A stretch of 64,000 bases of DNA from Eubacteriales bacterium (GTDB taxonomy: Bacteria; Bacillota; Clostridia; Oscillospirales; CAG-272), in NCBI GenBank assembly GCA_045603085.1, contig JAZULL010000033.1, positions 2,096 to 66,095 of the forward strand. Reading direction: 5' to 3'. The notes beneath the pieces were generated by a model. It was not told where the DNA came from and made no database searches. It saw nothing but the letters and a program-made list of their open reading frames with translations. Below are positions 25,463-33,514 of this stretch, piece after piece; position 1 is the first letter of the stretch; the number at the start of each line of letters is the position of its first letter. Made by a program: the position numbers and the translations under genes.

Positions 25463-25891
25463 ATGGGAATGTTTAAGGTATTTTTTATGAAAAAAGTAAA
25501 AAGGAAAAATAAAAAAGATGTAAATACCATAAAGCCCAAACCATACACTGTCAAGCAAGAAAATGATATAGTTATAGGCAAAATGCTAATGTGGATATTT
25601 ATTTTATCCCTTCCGTTTTCAGGTTTTTTGGTGTGGGTAGCATCTGGGAATATAAAAGTACTCTTGCTTATTTGGGGGATATTATGCTTACTATTTGCAA
25701 CTTACAATCTTTTAGGTGTGATTTTCAAGTGGGACCATTCAATAGTTTGTTCCAAAAGTTTTTTAAGGAAAACATATAATTTTGACATAAGGAATGATTG
25801 GAATAAAGAGGATACAAAAGATAATGTTTCATTAGTTGTTATTTGTGTTATCTTTGGTGTAATTTTTTTAATAGGTGCAATTTTTCATTAA
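25463..25891 (+). CDS. Hypothetical small membrane protein (Lys-rich N-terminus, 3 predicted TM helices)
   Basis: Open frame in a low-GC islet, with hydrophobic segments WIFILSLPFSGFLVWV, VLLLIWGILCLLFATYNLLGVIF and LVVICVIFGVIFLIGAIF. I recognise no family. Confidence 0.5.
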   Translation: MGMFKVFFMKKVKRKNKKDVNTIKPKPYTVKQENDIVIGKMLMWIFILSLPFSGFLVWVASGNIKVLLLIWGILCLLFATYNLLGVIFKWDHSIVCSKSFLRKTYNFDIRNDWNKEDTKDNVSLVVICVIFGVIFLIGAIFH

Positions 25892-25939
25892 ATTCCAGGT
25901 TATCAGTGAGCTTGCTTTTATCGTCTGCAGACTATAAAA

Positions 25940-26035
25940 ATGCACCCATTCGTTAAATTTGAACCTATTTTTTGCGAAAAAAGTGAACCCATTTTCTATA
26001 AAAAGTGAACCCATTTTGCCAAATGAACCCATTAG
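25940..26035 (+). repeat. Five iteron-like direct repeats TG(A/C)ACC(C/T)ATT spaced 18-24 bp apart
   Basis: Core G(A/C)ACC starts at 25942, 25961, 25985, 26007 and 26025. Two copies share AAAGTGAACCCATTTT exactly. Confidence 0.7.
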
Positions 26036-26066
26036 TATTTTGTATCCTTTTCGTAGCCCTTTCACA

Positions 26067-26100
26067 AAAGAGAGCAAGTCGAACACAACTTGCTCTCTTT
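26067..26100. terminator. Bidirectional-looking hairpin terminator
   Basis: AAAGAGAGCAAGT-cgaacaca-ACTTGCTCTCTTT, a 13-bp perfect stem. Confidence 0.65.
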
Positions 26101-26133
26101 TACTTTTTCACTCTTCACTCTTCACTTTTCACT
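26098..26133. repeat. Left arm of a 36-bp perfect inverted repeat (CACTCTT heptad-rich)
   Basis: TTTTACTTTTTCACTCTTCACTCTTCACTTTTCACT is the exact reverse complement of 26772-26807. Confidence 0.9.
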
Positions 26134-26298
26134 GAATTCAAAAAGTTTGGGTAGAGTTTGGATGGAGCTTGGACAGGTGTTCAATTAGAATCCTACTCTC
26201 TCCGCCAAACAAAAACCGCAATTCTGATACAAAGGATTGCGGTTTTTGATTTTTTGTGATATACTTTATATGTTAAAGAAATGCAAAGGAGAAAAGCT

Positions 26299-26724
26299 AT
26301 GACATTCGCAGAATTTGATAATACTACTCAAGAAAAAATAATTGATTTACTCAACAACCATATTGCCACAACTGCCGATATTTTGAAGCAAGACCGTTGT
26401 TTGATTCCTATGCTTATGATTCCCGACTCAAATCAGCTTGTCAGCCTGCAATCAAGAGATGGCTCTGTGGATGTTGACAAGGCGTATGCCGCTGTCGTTG
26501 AGAAGTTGAAAAACGAAGCCTTTACATATGCTTTGTTTTCTTACAGTACACGAATCGGATTGGCACCAGGCGGTGAGACCGATGCCTTGAAAACATATAT
26601 TTTTACACAAAACGGAATAGAGGTTTCTTTTTATACACCGTTTGCGGTCAAAGGGCTTTTCAAAAAAACGATAAATGTTGAAAAGTCGATTTTGGCAGAA
26701 ATTAAAGAAAATGTTTTTGATTGA
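26299..26724 (+). CDS. Hypothetical 141-aa cytoplasmic protein (no family recognised)
   Basis: AAGGAGA RBS before the ATG at 26299. A TTGCGG-17-TGaTATACT promoter lies at ~26238-26266. The gene sits between the 36-bp inverted repeats. Confidence 0.6.
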   Translation: MTFAEFDNTTQEKIIDLLNNHIATTADILKQDRCLIPMLMIPDSNQLVSLQSRDGSVDVDKAYAAVVEKLKNEAFTYALFSYSTRIGLAPGGETDALKTYIFTQNGIEVSFYTPFAVKGLFKKTINVEKSILAEIKENVFD

Positions 26725-26756
26725 GGATTGTATCAAAATTAGTGCTATTATCCAAA

Positions 26757-26841
26757 AATCGACAAGGAATTAGTGAAAAGTGAAGAGTGAAGAGTGAAAA
26801 AGTAAAATCGACAAGCTTCTGTCGAAACTTGTCGATTTTTG
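26757..26841 (+). repeat. Direct repeat copy 1 (~85 bp) of the region downstream of tRNA-Ser; includes the right arm of the 36-bp inverted repeat (26772-26807) and a terminator hairpin (26804-26840)
   Basis: AATCGACAAGGAATTAGTGAAAAGTGAAGAGTGAAGA...AAAATCGACAAGcttctgtcgaaaCTTGTCGATTTTTG is repeated at 26994-27079, with differences only in the middle. Confidence 0.85.
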
Positions 26842-26993
26842 TGAAAGAGCGATAAAAAAGATATTTTTGCCACTTTTAGTTTAGGTTTGAACTGACGCAT
26901 ATTTGCTTTATAATAAATTGCTTTTCGACTATAAGGAGAAAAGCTACATCAGCACCTTTTCACTATTCACTATTACTTATTACTTCCGCCAAT

Positions 26994-27079
26994 AATCGAC
27001 AAGGAATTAGTGAAAAGTGAAGAGTGAAGAAGTAATAAGTAAAAATCGACAAGCTTCTGTCGAAACTTGTCGATTTTTG
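26994..27079 (+). repeat. Direct repeat copy 2, abutting the tRNA-Ser 3' end; contains the tRNA terminator hairpin (27042-27078)
   Basis: See copy 1. In addition, a 14-bp inverted repeat TTACTTATTACTTC (26973-26986) pairs with GAAGTAATAAGTAA (27029-27042). Confidence 0.85.
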
Positions 27080-27168
27080 GCGGAGATGGAGAGATTTGAA
27101 CTCTCGCGCCGGTTACCCGGCCTACACCCTTAGCAGGGGCGCCTCTTCGGCCACTTGAGTACATCTCC
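27078..27168 (-). tRNA. tRNA-Ser (anticodon GCU), class II with long variable arm, CCA encoded
   Basis: Manual fold: acceptor GGAGATG/CATCTCC, D-arm CTC-AAGTGGCCGAA-GAG, anticodon stem CGCCC/GGGTG with loop CTGCTAA, variable arm GCCGG-gtaa-CCGGC, T-arm GAGAG-TTCAAAT-CTCTC, then G-CCA. Confidence 0.9.
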
Positions 27169-27205
27169 ATACTTGCGAGGGGCCATTGCATAACTCGCAG
27201 GCAAT

Positions 27206-27234
27206 ATTATACCTCTTTTATCTTGGTTTGTCAA
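27206..27234 (-). promoter_or_regulatory. Consensus promoter of tRNA-Ser
   Basis: On the minus strand: TTGACA (27229-27234), 17-nt spacer, TATAAT (27206-27211). About 37-nt leader. Confidence 0.75.
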
Positions 27235-27294
27235 GCCTTTTTCTTATGAATTTTATGAAAACTTTGCGCAAATTCGGTACACAAAGACTTTTTA

Positions 27295-27323
27295 TTGACA
27301 TAACGATCATTTTTTGATATACT
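27295..27323 (+). promoter_or_regulatory. Consensus promoter upstream of two small membrane-peptide ORFs
   Basis: TTGACA (27295-27300), 17-nt spacer, TGaTATACT (TATACT at 27318-27323). Confidence 0.7.
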
Positions 27324-27362
27324 GAATGCAGCATCCCGAAATTACACACACAGGAGGACGTT

Positions 27363-27455
27363 ATGAAGATTCCCCCCGTTTTAATTGCCATGTGCGCCAC
27401 GCTCGTATCTATCGTCACGGTCGGCATCATGTTTCTGATGCGCTTTTTGGGCTAA
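27363..27455 (+). CDS. 30-aa hydrophobic peptide (candidate small membrane protein)
   Basis: AGGAGG RBS, then ATG at 27363. My own translation: MKIPPVLIAMCATLVSIVTVGIMFLMRFLG. Below the ORF-track length cut-off. Confidence 0.45.
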   Translation: MKIPPVLIAMCATLVSIVTVGIMFLMRFLG

Positions 27456-27466
27456 AGGAGGTCAGT

Positions 27467-27664
27467 ATGGAGCAGAAAACCGGAGCTTTCTTTTGGATCA
27501 TTTGCGTCATCACCTCGCTGGGCGCGATCATGTGGTCTGCTACGTCAATCATGCAACAGCCCACACCGCTGTATATCGCGTTTTTGGTGATCAACGTCAT
27601 CTGCCTTGCCGTCAACGTGGTCTGCTGGATCATTGACGCCAAGAAAAACAAAAAACAAGGCTGA
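27467..27664 (+). CDS. 65-aa two-TM small membrane protein
   Basis: AAGGAGG RBS before the ATG at 27467. MEQKTGAFFWIICVITSLGAIMW...LYIAFLVINVICLAVNVVCWIIDAKKNKKQG. The track N-terminal extension was trimmed. Confidence 0.55.
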   Translation: MEQKTGAFFWIICVITSLGAIMWSATSIMQQPTPLYIAFLVINVICLAVNVVCWIIDAKKNKKQG

Positions 27665-27723
27665 TTTACCTGTCAAAAGGGCTTTCTCAATGCGAGAAAG
27701 CCCTTTTTCTGTGATCATTCTTG

Positions 27724-30549
27724 TCATTTCACCAGCACCGCAATGCATCTTGCATCACCCTTGCAGACCTTGGAGCCGTCGTAGGAGAGGTTTGCGTCGG
27801 GGGTCAGCTCCTCGCCCGTGGCGCCGGGGGCGAGATACAGCTCCGCGCCGTCGGGAATGGGGGTGTAGATATCCACGATGGGGGCGTCCGAGTCGATCAT
27901 CCAACCCATCCGGTAGCCATCGGGGATACGGCAATCCTCGATCCGGCCAAACGCCGTATTGGCAGGTGCGTCAGTCACCTTGTATTGCTTGTCGTCGATG
28001 GTAATGCCGCAGGTATTGTCCCCGCGGAAGCCGATCAAGTCACCGTTCCCGTCAAAGCGGAACTGCACAAAGTGTTCGCCTTGGTAGGTGATTTTATGTC
28101 CATCCAAGGAAAACTCATCAAAATCAAGCGCGGTGGGCACTAACAAATCATAGGTTTTCATGAATTTTGCGTCGTCCTCTTGGCAGCGTCTGAACATTCC
28201 CAGCGGCCAAAGCTCCTTGACGGAGTGGTAGTGGCGGCAGATCGAGTATGCGCCATTGGGGAACTGTGTAGCGAAATACTCGGTATTGCGCGAAATTGTC
28301 TCGGGGCTGTCGGGACAGTCACGGCCGCCGTACGCGCCAAGAGCTTTGAGCACGTCAAACAGCGTTGAGGGTGCGTCGCCCGACTCGCCCGATTGGTCAT
28401 CGCGCAAGCGGCAGCCGATATAGGTCACGCTACCCTTACCGTATGGGCGGCTCGCACCGATCAGGATGTCGTCTGCATGCGCCACGGGGATGGCATCATC
28501 GCCCGCTTTGATTTCGTAAATTCTGTCGGGCAGCATGTCTGTGGGCACGCGCATGGGTGCGATGTCCGAAAGGATTCCCGCAAAGCGCACGGAGTCCGCC
28601 GTACCGCCCTCGGTCACGGTCTGCGCCGAGCGCAAGCCGAACAATTCCAGCCATGCTGTGGGCACGTTACCCGACTCGTCAACGGGCGGCGTCGCGTTCC
28701 ATACGACACGTCCGCCCTCTTTTGCAAACTGCTTGAGCAGGGAAACGAATTTTTCATCATAGAACGGCTCAAAGCCCACGACAACGGTTGAGTAGTTACA
28801 AATGCCAAGCCGCAGCTTGCCGTTTTCCACCTTGCCCAGCGCCGTGATGCGGTCGGCAGGGCAGTAGTTGGCGTAAGCGTACTGCACCATCCAGCTGCCA
28901 AATCTCTCTTCGATCATGGTCAGATCCTTGGGGTAAACGTAAAGCACCTCGGCGTCGCGCGGACGGTTGTAGGTCACGATGCCTTCGCGCACAATGTGCG
29001 AGCCAAAGCCGTTCTGAACACCCCAAAAGCGTCTTCTTGCCTCGTCGGGGAAGCCCCACGCGCCCCACAGACAGACCTGGTTGCGGTTGAGCGAGCCAAG
29101 AGACGCCGACATCGCGCCGCCGTAGTAGTTGCGGTCAAACCAGCCGCTCTCGCAGAAGTCGGTGCCGCCGTAGGAGAAGTAGTCGTTCCACTTGAAGTAG
29201 TCGTAGCACCCCGAAATCGCCTCGCGGATGGTGCTGGAGTAGACGTAGGAGGGAGAGTAGTCGTACGCGCAGTAGCCGTTGATGGTGGCCAGGTTGAACA
29301 TGCCTTCAAATCCCGGGCCGTATTTGTCACAAGTGGGGGATTCCTGCCAGGTTGCATGTCCGACGCAGAAGGGATCCCAGCCCGCGTTCTTGACGTAGGT
29401 GTCGCGGATATAGTCCCTTGCATCACAGCATAGGTGCACCACTTGGTCCGAGAGCATTTCAAAATAGGTTTTGCGCAAGCGGAAGGTTCGCGCAAGATCA
29501 GCCTTGGTGTTGCCTATGACGTGCTGCGTGTGCGAGCGGCCGAGCGTGGCGCGGTCGGTGTGCATGTCGTAGCCGAAGTAGATCAGCGCGCGGTCAAAGT
29601 CGGCAAACAAGGGGTCGATTTTTGCAAGCTCGGCTTCAAAATTGGGTGTCATGTAGCGCGTGGGGATCTCGTAAGGGCCGAAATGTGCACCAAGATCCCA
29701 GTCAAACTGGATGTGCATCTCGTCCGAATACAGCTCCATGAATTCCACACCCTTCTCCCGGTACATATCGATCACACCATGGACATACTGTATGGCGTCG
29801 GGATGGAAATAGTCCATTTCGGGCGTGTCCATATACAGCACCGCAAACACTCTGTTGCCGGGCAGAGCGGTCTTGCCCTTGATTACCATGTGCTTGTTGC
29901 CGAAATATTGGCTGAGCTCATAAGGCTCGTCGCAAACCGTGCAGGTATAGTCCTCGGCAGGAATCTCGTGCACCGAGTCGGGGGAGATGACTAAGTAGGG
30001 AGTTCCGTTATCCTGCTCGGTATAGGCAAACAGACGGGCACGGTCAAATTGAGGGTAGATATAGCCCTTGTTATTGCACCATTTCTCGGACAGAATACCG
30101 TCAAAGCAAAAGCTGCCGTCGGGATTGAGCAGTCCTTCGGAGAAAAAGCGGTGCTGACCGCCCACGCCCACGTCCTGCTTGAAGGTGCGGCCAAGGTCGA
30201 GCGGATTTGTCACGCTTGCGCCGATGCCGATGCCGTAGCTTTCGGCAAAATCCGCGAGCTTTTTGGTGCAGTCCACAAATTCGGGATGCGTCAGGTGCAG
30301 CTCTCGCTCACCGCCGCCAAAGAAATGATCGTGGAAGAAGGTCAGGATCTGCGTCTTACGCTTTTTCGCGCGCTCGCAAACCTCCAAAAAGGAAGAGGAT
30401 TCGGGCGCAGTCTGATCGTTGGCTTGTTTGGGCACGTATTGCTTGGCAGGGGAATTTGCATACACTCTGAGCTTGTCGTCCTCGGTCAGCAGAATGTCCT
30501 CTCTTCTGATCGAGCAGTGCATGGGCGGGCTTTTTTTCAGGCTTGGCAT
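27724..30549 (-). CDS. Large (941 aa) cytoplasmic protein of unknown family; carbohydrate-active role suspected only from the neighbouring gene
   Basis: Long open frame with GGAGG 9 nt upstream and no signal peptide. Aromatic and Cys-rich. It lies directly downstream of, and on the same strand as, a beta-helix glycosidase-like gene. Confidence 0.6.
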   Translation of the reverse strand: MPSLKKSPPMHCSIRREDILLTEDDKLRVYANSPAKQYVPKQANDQTAPESSSFLEVCERAKKRKTQILTFFHDHFFGGGERELHLTHPEFVDCTKKLADFAESYGIGIGASVTNPLDLGRTFKQDVGVGGQHRFFSEGLLNPDGSFCFDGILSEKWCNNKGYIYPQFDRARLFAYTEQDNGTPYLVISPDSVHEIPAEDYTCTVCDEPYELSQYFGNKHMVIKGKTALPGNRVFAVLYMDTPEMDYFHPDAIQYVHGVIDMYREKGVEFMELYSDEMHIQFDWDLGAHFGPYEIPTRYMTPNFEAELAKIDPLFADFDRALIYFGYDMHTDRATLGRSHTQHVIGNTKADLARTFRLRKTYFEMLSDQVVHLCCDARDYIRDTYVKNAGWDPFCVGHATWQESPTCDKYGPGFEGMFNLATINGYCAYDYSPSYVYSSTIREAISGCYDYFKWNDYFSYGGTDFCESGWFDRNYYGGAMSASLGSLNRNQVCLWGAWGFPDEARRRFWGVQNGFGSHIVREGIVTYNRPRDAEVLYVYPKDLTMIEERFGSWMVQYAYANYCPADRITALGKVENGKLRLGICNYSTVVVGFEPFYDEKFVSLLKQFAKEGGRVVWNATPPVDESGNVPTAWLELFGLRSAQTVTEGGTADSVRFAGILSDIAPMRVPTDMLPDRIYEIKAGDDAIPVAHADDILIGASRPYGKGSVTYIGCRLRDDQSGESGDAPSTLFDVLKALGAYGGRDCPDSPETISRNTEYFATQFPNGAYSICRHYHSVKELWPLGMFRRCQEDDAKFMKTYDLLVPTALDFDEFSLDGHKITYQGEHFVQFRFDGNGDLIGFRGDNTCGITIDDKQYKVTDAPANTAFGRIEDCRIPDGYRMGWMIDSDAPIVDIYTPIPDGAELYLAPGATGEELTPDANLSYDGSKVCKGDARCIAVLVK

Positions 30550-30596
30550 TATACCGTACCTCCGTTTGTTCAGATTTTTGGGGGTGAGTTTTGATT

Positions 30597-31664
30597 TTAT
30601 TTTATGCGTTGGTCTAACAGCAATTCTGCTTCATCGAAGCACTCGATATTGCACATCTCAAGATTTTTCATGCGTCCTGCAAGAGCGACAGCGTACTGTC
30701 CGCCGCCGCGCACGTTTCTCAGTGTGATATTATAGGTTTCATCTTCTGTGGCGTGACGTGTTCCGTATAAGCGCACGTCTCCGATTCGGACTGCATAAAG
30801 TCCCTTATCCATGTGCGGCGAGGTGCTTGCCATATCGTGAACGCCGTCAATGATCACGTCGTGCAATTTTACGTCGCCTTGATTGAGCAGTCTGACGTTG
30901 GTGCAAAAAGCCGCGGTTCTGATATTCCTGATCTGAATATTGCATATATCCGCAGGTTTTCCATCAACCGCAAAGGCTTGCTCCATCGTGCCGTTCAAGC
31001 CTGTCAGGGCGACAGAATCGTCCTCGGTAAAGCCGGTGATATTCTCGATCACAATATCGTGGCAGCCTTGGCGCAGATCAATGCCGTCTGCGTTTTTTAC
31101 CAGCACCTGCACATATTTATCACGCAGCAATCCGTGATATTGGTTTCCGTTCTCATCAATTGCAGTATCGTTTGCGCAAAAATCAATATTTCCAAGGTAT
31201 CCTTCAGAGCAATAGATGAAGTTCAAAGCCCACCACCGTTGATTGCGGCAACAGAGTCCTTCGATTCTGAAGCCGTCCACGTTGGTAAACAAAACGAGAT
31301 TGTTTTTCCAAATAGGAGGCAATCCGTTTTTGCATTGCGTCTGCTCCGAAAGCCCGTTGTATGCTCCGCCATCAAGCACTGCTGTGCGCCGACCGATGAT
31401 TCTGATGTTTCTGTCGGTGCCCGCTGTTGTCCTGCCAAACTCGGTACCATGATTTTGATTGACAAACATATTGGAATAGCAGCCGTCAGCCATACGCAAC
31501 AGGCAACCGTCAAGTATGAGTGTAAAATCCGATGGCAGACGGATGGCCCTCGCTATTTCCCAGTTTCCGCATACGGTTGCTGTGCGGCTGCCGTCCTTTA
31601 CGGCTTGCTCAATGCACGAGGTGATATATTCGCTGCCTCCCTTTCGGAACGTGATGAGTGACAT
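30597..31664 (-). CDS. Right-handed parallel beta-helix protein, GH28 (polygalacturonase)-like
   Basis: NADGIDLRQGCHDIVIENITGFTEDDSVAL resembles the GH28 NTDGID...GDDCIA catalytic region. Repetitive beta-helix turns; no signal peptide. Start at M23 (31664) is uncertain. Confidence 0.65.
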   Translation of the reverse strand: MSLITFRKGGSEYITSCIEQAVKDGSRTATVCGNWEIARAIRLPSDFTLILDGCLLRMADGCYSNMFVNQNHGTEFGRTTAGTDRNIRIIGRRTAVLDGGAYNGLSEQTQCKNGLPPIWKNNLVLFTNVDGFRIEGLCCRNQRWWALNFIYCSEGYLGNIDFCANDTAIDENGNQYHGLLRDKYVQVLVKNADGIDLRQGCHDIVIENITGFTEDDSVALTGLNGTMEQAFAVDGKPADICNIQIRNIRTAAFCTNVRLLNQGDVKLHDVIIDGVHDMASTSPHMDKGLYAVRIGDVRLYGTRHATEDETYNITLRNVRGGGQYAVALAGRMKNLEMCNIECFDEAELLLDQRIK

Positions 31665-31791
31665 CTGCTTAGTACCTTTCGTGAGCATGATTGATAAGAG
31701 CATTATAACACAAACGGGGTAGGGTGTCAATGCATTTTCGGGAGCGGGAGACCTCCGGAAATCCCGAATATTCCAAATCCGTACGCAGGAC

Positions 31792-31820
31792 TTGCATTTT
31801 CTTTTATATTGTGTTATAAT
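31792..31820 (+). promoter_or_regulatory. Promoter of prfC
   Basis: TTGCAT (31792-31797), 17-nt spacer, TGtTATAAT (TATAAT at 31815-31820). Confidence 0.65.
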
Positions 31821-31857
31821 AACTATGAATATTGATTTTTAAAAGGACATAAAAAAT

Positions 31858-33459
31858 ATGATTGACGCACAAAGCTTACACGAAATCCAAAAACGCCGCA
31901 CGTTTGCCATTATCTCGCACCCCGACGCAGGTAAGACCACGCTGACGGAAAAGTTTCTTCTGTACGGCGGCGCGATCCAGACCGCGGGCTCGGTCAAGGG
32001 CAAGCACAGCGACAAGCACGCCGTTTCCGACTGGATGGAGCTGGAGAAGCAGAGAGGTATCTCGGTTTCCTCGTCTGTCATGCAGTTTAACTACAACGGC
32101 TATTGCATCAACATTCTGGACACCCCCGGACACCAGGATTTCTCTGAGGACACCTACCGCACGCTCATGGCGGCCGACAGCGCGGTCATGGTCATCGACG
32201 CCGCAAAGGGTATCGAGGCTCAGACGCGCAAGCTGTTCAAGGTCTGCGCCATGCGCGGTATTCCGATCTTTACCTTTATCAACAAGCTGGACCGCGAGGC
32301 ACGCGATCCCTTGGATCTTTTGGACGAGCTGGAGCATGAATTCGGCATCCGCACCTATCCCATGAACTGGCCGATCGGTTGCGGCGTGGATTTCAAGGGC
32401 GTTTACGATCGCGAAAAGAAGCAGATCCTGACCTTTGACAACTTCCACGGCGGCCGTAACCGTCTGCAGGGCATTGCGGTGGACTTTGACGACACCACGC
32501 GTCTTGACGAGCTGATCGGCGAAAGACTTCGCGAGAATCTGACCGAGCAGATCGAGCTGTTGGACGTTGCCGACTTTGGTTTTGACCTTGATGCGGTCCG
32601 CGCGGGCAAGCTCTCTCCCGTATTCTTCGGCTCAGCACTCAACAACTTCGGTATCGAGCCCTTCCTGGAGAGCTTCTTACAGATGACCACCGCGCCGCTG
32701 TCCCACAAGGCGGGCGACGTGGAGATCGAGTCGAGCGACGAGAGATTCTCGGCATTCGTATTCAAGATTCAGGCCAATATGAACAAAGCGCACCGTGACA
32801 GAATCGCATTCATGCGCATCTGCTCGGGCAAATTTGAGAGAAGCAAGGAATATTATCACGTGCAGGGCGGCAAGAATATCAAGCTCGCCCAGCCCCAGCA
32901 GATGATGGCGCAGGCGCGCGAGGGCGTTGAGGTGGCCTACGCGGGCGACATCATCGGCGTATTTGACCCCGGTATCTTCTCGATTGGTGACACCATCTGC
33001 GCTCCCGGCATGAAGGTGGAATACGAGGGCATTCCCAACTTTACGCCCGAGCATTTTGCATTCGTTGAGCAGATCGATTCCATGAAGCGCAAGCAGTTTG
33101 CCAAGGGCATGAACCAGATCGCGCAGGAGGGTGCTATCCGTATCTTCTTTGAACCCAATTCGGGTATGGAGCGCGTGATCGTGGGCGTCGTGGGCGTGCT
33201 GCAGTACGACGTACTCAAGTTCCGTATGCAGACCGAGTACGGTGTGGGCTATATCCAGCGCGAGATCCCGTATGACATCATCCGCTATATCGGCAACAAG
33301 GATATTGATCCCTCCAAGCTCAAACTGACCGCCGAGACCAAGTGGATTCAGGACGTGCGCGGCAATGACCTTTTGCTGTTCCCCGGCAACTGGGCGGTGA
33401 CCTGGGCGCTGGAGCATAACGAGGGGCTGGAGCTGTTGCCTTACGGAAGCAATGCGTAA
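31858..33459 (+). CDS. prfC: Peptide chain release factor 3
   Basis: RRTFAIISHPDAGKTTLTEKFLLYGGAIQ, DTPGHQDFSEDTYR, NKLDR. Length 533 aa. Confidence 0.95.
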   Translation: MIDAQSLHEIQKRRTFAIISHPDAGKTTLTEKFLLYGGAIQTAGSVKGKHSDKHAVSDWMELEKQRGISVSSSVMQFNYNGYCINILDTPGHQDFSEDTYRTLMAADSAVMVIDAAKGIEAQTRKLFKVCAMRGIPIFTFINKLDREARDPLDLLDELEHEFGIRTYPMNWPIGCGVDFKGVYDREKKQILTFDNFHGGRNRLQGIAVDFDDTTRLDELIGERLRENLTEQIELLDVADFGFDLDAVRAGKLSPVFFGSALNNFGIEPFLESFLQMTTAPLSHKAGDVEIESSDERFSAFVFKIQANMNKAHRDRIAFMRICSGKFERSKEYYHVQGGKNIKLAQPQQMMAQAREGVEVAYAGDIIGVFDPGIFSIGDTICAPGMKVEYEGIPNFTPEHFAFVEQIDSMKRKQFAKGMNQIAQEGAIRIFFEPNSGMERVIVGVVGVLQYDVLKFRMQTEYGVGYIQREIPYDIIRYIGNKDIDPSKLKLTAETKWIQDVRGNDLLLFPGNWAVTWALEHNEGLELLPYGSNA

Positions 33460-33514
33460 ATAACGGACAGTTACAAACACAAATATTGAAATACAACATA
33501 GGAGGACTTAGATA

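Noticed and set aside
25868-26086. 72-aa minus-strand ORF overlapping the iteron-like repeats
   Set aside because: Its sequence is dictated by the DNA repeats (MGSFGKMGSLF...). It has no RBS and crosses a terminator hairpin.
24839-27077. Calling the low-GC islet an intact mobile element or prophage remnant with a named family
   Set aside because: No integrase, transposase, recombinase or Rep gene lies between the repeats. The flanking repeats are inverted rather than direct. Only 'decayed, rearranged insertion' is supportable.
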